Source of the DNA: a virus | Reading direction: 5' to 3' (one strand) | IMG/VR virus record: IMGVR_UViG_3300045988_147730 | DNA length: 30,757 nt | Shown here: piece after piece, positions 7,601-12,919 of the stretch | Layout of the letters: every line of letters starts with the position of its first letter | Position numbering within the stretch: the first letter of the stretch is position 1 | Notes under the pieces: generated by a model | What the model saw: only the letters and a program-made list of their open reading frames with translations | What the model was told of the DNA's origin: nothing | Database searches by the model: none | Program-made: the position numbers and the translations under genes

Positions 7601-7798
7601 CTATTTGTGCATTTCATCCCATCTATTACACCATAATTTATATACCTCTTGCGTTTCGTAGTAATCAAATACTAGATAAGGACAATTAGTTTTGTCGTGA
7701 ATACCTATTCTTTTAGGCTTGATTCCATGTTCAAGATAAAAATTAATTTTGTTTAAATCATATATATAGACTTCATTTTGATTTCTTCCTCTTTTCAT
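7601..7798 (-). CDS. Small hypothetical protein (DUF5659-like pattern, weak)
   Basis: ORF track entry of 65 aa. SD AAAGGTGG lies 9 nt before the ATG, directly downstream of module D. Confidence 0.55.
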   Translation of the reverse strand: MKRGRNQNEVYIYDLNKINFYLEHGIKPKRIGIHDKTNCPYLVFDYYETQEVYKLWCNRWDEMHK

Positions 7799-7829
7799 CA
7801 GTAACTACCACCTTTCATTTTATTTATTT

Positions 7830-7868
7830 ATGTATTAACATAATATAATTAAAAATTACCTATGAATT
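7830..7868 (-). promoter_or_regulatory. Early promoter/operator-like module, copy D
   Basis: Minus strand: TCATAGGTAATTTTT-AATTATATTA-TGTTAATAC. It overlaps the stop codon of the upstream gene (…ENFNS-TAG). Confidence 0.5.
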
Positions 7869-8240
7869 AAAATTCTCATCAGTAATCATTTGATACATCA
7901 TATCTTTTATTTCTTGATCTAAACTTTTATTTTTTGTATCAATTATTTTCAACATTTCTCTTTTGATATAATTTTGTTCGTTATATATGGGTTTTAATTT
8001 TTCTGCTACCATCGATAGATTCTCTTCTGAACTAACATCTTTTTCAATCAGTGCTTCTCTTACTTCTTTTAATAATTCCTCAAAAGAATTATTCGTCAAG
8101 TCATAGAATGAGAAAGTAATAATCTTAATGGAGTGGCTATTCACTTTTCCATCTGCATAATATCTTTCTGCCAGCATGAATCTCCATTTACTTTTTAATG
8201 GATTCTTTGTTTTTATTGTTTTTTGTGCGTACACAAACAT
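7860..8240 (-). CDS. Hypothetical early protein
   Basis: The track ORF is 7860..8249, but its GTG start lies inside the SD. ATG at 8240 follows AAAGGAGTG at 6 nt, so I place the start there. Confidence 0.6.
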   Translation of the reverse strand: MFVYAQKTIKTKNPLKSKWRFMLAERYYADGKVNSHSIKIITFSFYDLTNNSFEELLKEVREALIEKDVSSEENLSMVAEKLKPIYNEQNYIKREMLKIIDTKNKSLDQEIKDMMYQMITDENFNS

Positions 8241-8321
8241 ATATATCACTCCTTTCTAATATTTTAAATAATATAGTAAATATTACGTAAAAACTATATG
8301 ACCAAAAAAAATAGAAGAGTC

Positions 8322-8632
8322 GTTAATGCTATCTATTAACCCCTTCATAATATATGCTACACTTCCAGAGGAAAAAATAGCATATTTTGGAACACTTATT
8401 AACCCTTACATAATATATGCTAGAGAAAGTAGAAAAAAAAGGTAATATTTTGCACACTTAGTTAATGCTATCTATTAACACCTTACATAAATATAGGTGA
8501 ACTAACTAGGAAAAAACTACCTTATTTTTTCGATGATTAAAATAACAAATATTATAGGCTTTTTAGCCTTACATAATATATGCTATACATACTAGGAAAA
8601 AATTAGGATATTTTGCAATACGTTTAAAATAT
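8322..8632. repeat. Four degenerate tandem units (U1 8322-8397, U2 8398-8460, U3 8461-8535, U4 8556-8632)
   Basis: Shared plus-strand core CCTTACATAATATATGCTA ... GGAAAAAA ... ATATTTTG. An exact 19-mer GTTAATGCTATCTATTAAC occurs at 8322-8340 and 8461-8479. Confidence 0.85.
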
Positions 8633-8639
8633 ATTATTT

Positions 8640-8786
8640 TTATCGGCATTTTTTACACATAGGCATTAGTCCTTGTTTACCATTTTTATTAAATTTATTT
8701 GTTAATTTAACTTCATTGCACTTACTACAAAGTTTATATTCTCCTTTACATATATTCGGTGAACTATTCCATTTACAATATAACAC
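8640..8786 (-). CDS. Possible 48-aa zinc-ribbon peptide or remnant of a larger gene
   Basis: My translation from GTG: (M)LYCKWNSSPNICKGEYKLCSKCNEVKLTNKFNKNGKQGLMPMCKKCR. The CxxC...F.K...G....CxxC pattern resembles the N-terminal zinc ribbon of phage HNH/EndoVII-type proteins. There is no SD and no ATG start, so it may not be expressed. Confidence 0.3.
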   Translation of the reverse strand: MLYCKWNSSPNICKGEYKLCSKCNEVKLTNKFNKNGKQGLMPMCKKCR

Positions 8787-8808
8787 GGTATTAATATATT
8801 ATTTATAA

Positions 8809-8872
8809 CCCAAAATAGCTTGGGTATTCAACCACCACAACGTTGTGGTTTTCCCTTTTAAAAGGGAAAAGT
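8809..8872. other. Cluster of three adjacent GC-anchored hairpins/palindromes
   Basis: CCCAA-aatagc-TTGGG (8809-8824). A 16-nt perfect palindrome ACCACAACGTTGTGGT (8834-8849). TTTTCCCTTTTAAAAGGGAA (8849-8868), which is identical to 4757-4776. Confidence 0.7.
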
Positions 8873-8935
8873 CTTTTTCAGTAGCATCTACCGAATTTAA
8901 TTGTTGTTTTATCCAATCTGTAAAATCTCTTTGAA

Positions 8936-8972
8936 CTATAAAAGAATAGACTAGAATAAAATCTAGCCTATT
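8936..8972 (-). terminator. Rho-independent terminator after the lipoprotein gene
   Basis: Minus strand: AGGCTAGA-TTTTAT-TCTAGTCT (extendable to about 11 bp) followed by TTCTTTTAT. The G-U pair exists only on the minus strand. Confidence 0.65.
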
Positions 8973-9007
8973 AATTAATATTATTTGTCATCATTTCAAT
9001 TCCCTTA

Positions 9008-9487
9008 TTACTTCATGTTATCTGCCATGTTAAATACAATTTCACCATCTTTTATTATCAAATAACAAGTTCCCTCCCTATCCTTTGCGTCACAAATTTG
9101 AATTGTAAAGCTAACATTAGTATAACCTTTGTCGTTTAAGTATTCTTTTAAGGTACTAGACGTTTCTTTTAATGAATCACACAGATTATCCCATTTATCA
9201 GTATATATAGCATTGGATATCTCATCATGTTGGAAATAGTTAGTTAATACTAAACCATCTTTTTCCATTTTATAACTGTAATCTTTTCCATAGAATATTT
9301 CATCAACCTTATTTTTGGTTAAATAATATGCTATTTCTACCAGTTGTTGTTTTTGTTTATCCTTTGTTTCATCATCCATTTGTTGAGTTGTATTTTCTGA
9401 CACAGAATCAAGTTCAACATTTTTACAACCTATCATAGATATTAATAACATTCCTGTTAATATTAGTACTGATAATTTTTTATTCAT
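9008..9487 (-). CDS. Lipoprotein (possible superinfection-exclusion-type moron)
   Basis: Signal peptide MNKKLSVLILTGMLLISMIGC with lipobox MIGC. SD AAGGAGG is present, and the gene has its own downstream terminator. Confidence 0.8.
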   Translation of the reverse strand: MNKKLSVLILTGMLLISMIGCKNVELDSVSENTTQQMDDETKDKQKQQLVEIAYYLTKNKVDEIFYGKDYSYKMEKDGLVLTNYFQHDEISNAIYTDKWDNLCDSLKETSSTLKEYLNDKGYTNVSFTIQICDAKDREGTCYLIIKDGEIVFNMADNMK

Positions 9488-9514
9488 AATTATTTCCTCC
9501 TTATGTTTTATTCA

Positions 9515-9769
9515 TTATAATTTTGTCTTTTTTTGTATTTCTTTTGACGCAAAGGTAATGCTTTCAGCTTCATAAGACATATCTTTTATATCTTTTTCTC
9601 TCCAGTTATACATAATCCCTTCTATTCTGCTAAAATTATATTCGATTTCTTTATTATTACTTTTTCTTCTTCTAAATCTAGATCGTGAACTAATTCTTGA
9701 AAAGTCATGTCTGGATTTATATTTGCTATTATATGTAAAAGTTTTATTGTCATAGTCATATCTTTTCAC
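9515..9769 (-). CDS. Hypothetical basic 84-aa ORF (track); the start is doubtful
   Basis: Its GTG start overlaps the GGAGG SD with zero spacing. See the alternative ORF at 9622..9759. Confidence 0.35.
   Translation of the reverse strand: MKRYDYDNKTFTYNSKYKSRHDFSRISSRSRFRRRKSNNKEIEYNFSRIEGIMYNWREKDIKDMSYEAESITFASKEIQKKTKL
9622..9759 (-). CDS. Alternative 45-aa ORF in another frame, with proper SD spacing
   Basis: GAGGAGGTGAAAAGAT-ATG gives MTMTIKLLHIIANINPDMTFQELVHDLDLEEEKVIIKKSNIILAE. It is too short for the ORF track. Confidence 0.4.
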   Translation of the reverse strand: MTMTIKLLHIIANINPDMTFQELVHDLDLEEEKVIIKKSNIILAE

Positions 9770-9815
9770 CTCCTCAAAGCCCTTCTAAGAGCTTTCAATA
9801 TTGTTGTAGTATGTT

Positions 9816-10268
9816 TTATCCTATGTTCACAATAGCTCTCTTTCTTTTTTCTTCCTGTATTTTTAATAATTTTTTTTCTAACTCATCTGGGTCATAATTT
9901 TTATAATGCTCATTGAAACTATTATGATATCTGGTCAAAGGTTTTACATTACTTTTTTCCTTTGAAGGAATAAAAGTTTTATCTTTTCTCACTATATGTC
10001 TGTGAATGAAATAGATATTATTCCAACCTGTAGATGTTGTTTGTTTAGACCTAGTTATATAACCTTTAGATTCTAAATCATTCAAGACTTTATTAAGTGT
10101 TTTTTCGCTTAGATGACATTTCTCTATAATCGTATTTCTGGAAGGATAGCTATATCCTAATTGTGTATTGTACATTCTGATAAGAAAAGTTAGGACTCGA
10201 AATTCTGAATGTGATAAATTATTATCCTCAAAGATTGTATTTGAAATCAATGTATACCCTTTACTCAC
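9816..10268 (-). CDS. Winged-HTH protein (HTH_36/replication-initiator-like); first gene of the early operon
   Basis: MSKGYTLISNTIFEDNNLSHSEFRVLTFLIRMYNTQLGYSYPSRNTIIEKCHLSEKTLNKVLNDLESKGYITR matches the pattern of phage/plasmid initiator-type wHTH proteins. GTG start lies 6 nt after AGGGGGTG. Confidence 0.6.
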   Translation of the reverse strand: MSKGYTLISNTIFEDNNLSHSEFRVLTFLIRMYNTQLGYSYPSRNTIIEKCHLSEKTLNKVLNDLESKGYITRSKQTTSTGWNNIYFIHRHIVRKDKTFIPSKEKSNVKPLTRYHNSFNEHYKNYDPDELEKKLLKIQEEKRKRAIVNIG

Positions 10269-10276
10269 AACTTACA

Positions 10277-10335
10277 CCCCCTGTAAATGTTTTAACACCC
10301 TGTAATCACTTGTTCATAAAGTGCTATCACTTATA
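10277..10335. promoter_or_regulatory. Operator-like direct repeats in the divergent switch region
   Basis: CCCTGTAA at 10279-10286 and 10298-10305. ATCACTT at 10305-10311 and 10326-10332. Confidence 0.45.
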
Positions 10336-10366
10336 TGTATAATAGTAGTACAAGTTTCACTTTTAT

Positions 10367-10395
10367 ACAACAAGATTTACAATATATGTTATAAT
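10367..10395 (+). promoter_or_regulatory. Extended -10 promoter for the RHH gene
   Basis: TGTTATAAT at 10387-10395 (TGn + perfect TATAAT), about 24 nt upstream of ATG 10419. The -35 region is weak. Confidence 0.55.
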
Positions 10396-10418
10396 TTTTG
10401 TATGGAGGTGTTATATTA

Positions 10419-10577
10419 ATGGCTATAGATAAGAGCAAAAATACAAGAATTGTGATAACCATTGATTATGAGACAAAAAATAGATTACAAGAACTAGCTC
10501 AATCAGATAATAGGACTATGACTAATTACATTGTAAATCTAATTAAAAAGGATATTAACGAGAAAAATAATAGATAA
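10419..10577 (+). CDS. Ribbon-helix-helix (CopG/Arc-like) DNA-binding protein, 52 aa
   Basis: Too short for the ORF track. My translation: MAIDKSKNTRIVITIDYETKNRLQELAQSDNRTMTNYIVNLIKKDINEKNNR, read as a beta-strand (RIVITID) followed by two helices. SD GGAGGTG lies 8 nt before the ATG. Confidence 0.7.
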   Translation: MAIDKSKNTRIVITIDYETKNRLQELAQSDNRTMTNYIVNLIKKDINEKNNR

Positions 10578-10606
10578 AGAGGCTTAGAGGTCTCTTTTTT
10601 CTTTTG
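10576..10606 (+). terminator. Rho-independent terminator after the RHH gene
   Basis: AGAGGCT-TAGA-GGTCTCT (7 bp including 2 G-U pairs) followed by TTTTTTCTTTTG. Confidence 0.55.
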
Positions 10607-10800
10607 TATATAGTATTTGTAATATTAGTAATTGTAATTATAGTATTTGTAGTACTACACTTTTACCCCTACCCCACTATTATTACATTACCTATACCCC
10701 TATATTGCTATATTACATATGGGGTCTATGTCTATATTACCTATAGGTTATTACAGTAATATTAGGTTATAATATATATATATCAATACTTCTTTAATCG
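10607..10800. promoter_or_regulatory. Repeat field upstream of int (candidate integrase arm sites / attP arm / int promoter)
   Basis: ATAGTATTTGTA occurs twice (about 10609 and 10641). ATTACCTAT is at 10687-10695 and 10736-10744. CTATATTAC occurs twice. A CCCCTATAT...CATATGGGG dyad is present. Confidence 0.4.
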
Positions 10801-10816
10801 GAAAGGAGTTGATAAT

Positions 10817-11908
10817 ATGGCAATAACAAAAAGAGGAAATACATGGCAATATACTTTGAATCTAGGTATTATTAATGGAAAGAGAAAGAGAATTTCAAAA
10901 GGAGGATTTAAAACTAAAAAGGAATGTGAAATAGCTCTAGCTGAATTACAATCTAAATATAACAAAACTAATCAAATTAAGAAAGCTTCGGATATTTTTT
11001 TTAGTGATTTTCTAAAAATATTTTTTGAAGAATATGTTGTAAATAATTGTTCTCCTAGAACTCAACAGACATATAGGGACTACATTAAATTACACATTGT
11101 TCCTTATTTGGGTGATTATAAGCTAAAAGACATTGATACTAACCTAATTTATAATTTTATTATTGATTTAAGTAAAAAATATTCTAAAAATCATTGTGAT
11201 AATATAAGAAGTTTTTTAAGTAGCTCTCTAAAGTTTGCGATATTTCCAAAACAATTTATATTCTCGAATCCAATGCAAGATTTAACTTTTAAAAATATTA
11301 GATATGTGGATGCTAGAGAAAAAGTTGTTCTTACTAGAGAAAATATGGATAATATATTTGAGTATCTAAAGAAATATCCTCATTATTTGCTACCAATTCA
11401 AATAATGTATTATACAGGAATGAGAATATCAGAGGTATGTGGTTTAACGTGGGATAACATTGATTTTGATAATAAAATGATTTACGTTAGAAAACAATAT
11501 CATGTACTTAATGGTAAGTATCAATTAGCACCCTTAAAAACAAAATCCTCAATTAGAGATATTTCTATGGGAGATGCATTATGCGAAATTCTTTTAGATA
11601 AAAAAGCTGACTATGATTTGAGCAAGGCAACTCATAATCATGTTTGTACGGGGAAGGATATTAATGTTGTACTTAACAAGGAAAGAATGCATGATGCTAC
11701 TGTAATGATTAGAAAAAATGTATGCAATTTTCATTGTCATGCTGTGAGACATCTTCATGCTACAATGTTAATAGAAGCAGGTGCCAGTATAAAAGATGTT
11801 TCTTATAGATTAGGACATTCTTCTACAGACATAACATATAATATATATGTGGAATTAAGTAAGAAACAAAAAGATAAAACTGTTGAAATCTTAAATAAAA
11901 TATTCTAA
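10817..11908 (+). CDS. int: Tyrosine recombinase / phage integrase
   Basis: N-terminal arm-binding-type MAITKRGNTWQYTLNLGIINGKRKRISKGGFKTKKECEIALAELQ. The catalytic region contains TGMRISEVCGLTWDNID, HAVRHLHATMLIEAG and LGHSSTDITYNIYVE (R...H-x-x-R...H...Y). Confidence 0.95.
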   Translation: MAITKRGNTWQYTLNLGIINGKRKRISKGGFKTKKECEIALAELQSKYNKTNQIKKASDIFFSDFLKIFFEEYVVNNCSPRTQQTYRDYIKLHIVPYLGDYKLKDIDTNLIYNFIIDLSKKYSKNHCDNIRSFLSSSLKFAIFPKQFIFSNPMQDLTFKNIRYVDAREKVVLTRENMDNIFEYLKKYPHYLLPIQIMYYTGMRISEVCGLTWDNIDFDNKMIYVRKQYHVLNGKYQLAPLKTKSSIRDISMGDALCEILLDKKADYDLSKATHNHVCTGKDINVVLNKERMHDATVMIRKNVCNFHCHAVRHLHATMLIEAGASIKDVSYRLGHSSTDITYNIYVELSKKQKDKTVEILNKIF

Positions 11909-12192
11909 AGACAACAAAAAGACAACAACTATAATTCAATCATTGAAATAGCTTAATTTTAGATGAGATATTCTATGGAAGCTATGGGCATGGACCTTCA
12001 AAAGATGTCCGAAGAAGTATTTAACCACAAATTAACTTGGAATAATAAAGAGAATAAATCAAATATATGTACTTCTATAGGGTCTATTCTTTTTAATGGG
12101 ACTTTTTTAGAAGATGATTTTTGTGATTTAGCTAGAAATTATAGATTTTAATAGGGCAACAAAAGGGCAACAAAAATAAAGAGGTATTGATA

Positions 12193-12232
12193 TAAAAAAA
12201 TACCCCCACAGTCGATTAGATTGTGAGGGTAT
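12193..12232 (-). terminator. Rho-independent terminator ending the late operon
   Basis: Minus strand: ATACCCTCACA-ATCTAATCGAC-TGTGGGGGTAT followed by TTTTTTT. The 11-bp stem is perfect with one G-U pair on the minus strand only. Confidence 0.8.
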
Positions 12233-12235
12233 ATA

Positions 12236-12673
12236 TTAATCTGGTATTGAACCTATTTCTGATGATATTTCTCTATAAGCTAAATAAGTCGTTCCTTCTG
12301 GAGGTTCTACTACAGGTGGATTTTGAGAAATATCTCCTATTGATTCATCAATATCAACAGGAATAATAAATGTACTTACTTTTATATCGCCTTGTGTTAT
12401 TTCAAATAGCATTTGTAATACTCCTGCTACTCCTGTTATTTTTTCACTCATTATAGCCTCAAAGTGATTGTCAGATTTATTTTGAGTATCTCCGTTGCAA
12501 ATATATCCGTCAGCTCTTTTATATTTTGCTAATATATCACAATTAGTCAAATCAACAGGTTGTCCGTTTTCAAATACATTTATTTTTATTACATTTCCCG
12601 AATCTCCCTGTACTAATTTTATATTTTGAAATTTTTCTTGTTTCAAATCACATTGAATAGTATAATCTTTCAT
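12236..12673 (-). CDS. BppU-N-like baseplate/receptor-binding accessory protein (tentative)
   Basis: Last gene of the tail module. NIKLVQGDSGNVIKINVFENGQPVDLTNCDILAKYKRADG resembles the BppU N-terminal domain pattern. SD AGGTGGTGA is present. Confidence 0.4.
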   Translation of the reverse strand: MKDYTIQCDLKQEKFQNIKLVQGDSGNVIKINVFENGQPVDLTNCDILAKYKRADGYICNGDTQNKSDNHFEAIMSEKITGVAGVLQMLFEITQGDIKVSTFIIPVDIDESIGDISQNPPVVEPPEGTTYLAYREISSEIGSIPD

Positions 12674-12919
12674 GTTATCACCACCTAACTATTATGAAAT
12701 GTTCGTAACTTAATTCTATATAAGAATCTATAGAGGTACTTAAAACTTGGAATTTTGTACTTTCTTTAAAATATCCTATATTTTTCGATATAAACATGGT
12801 AAAATTAGAGTCTATTTCATTCCATGTTTTAAGCACCTATTAAATAAAATATATCGTATTTATCGAATTATTTCTGATTTCAATTTGTATATATAATAAA
12901 ATATATTTGTTTTCATAAT

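Noticed and set aside
8322-8632. CRISPR mini-array or solitary CRISPR-repeat mimic (RNA anti-CRISPR)
   Set aside because: The unit period is irregular (63-93 bp) and the inter-core segments share conserved blocks (GGAAAAAA, ATATTTTG). I could not match the 19-mer dyad to any CRISPR repeat I know. The idea is left open only as something a repeat-database search could revisit.
10783-10965. 60-aa minus-strand ORF overlapping the int start
   Set aside because: It is antisense to the well-supported integrase N-terminus and has no SD.
11963-12151. 62-aa plus-strand ORF downstream of int
   Set aside because: It has no SD before any of its ATGs. It lies in the candidate attP interval between direct repeats and is more likely non-coding or a host-gene fragment.
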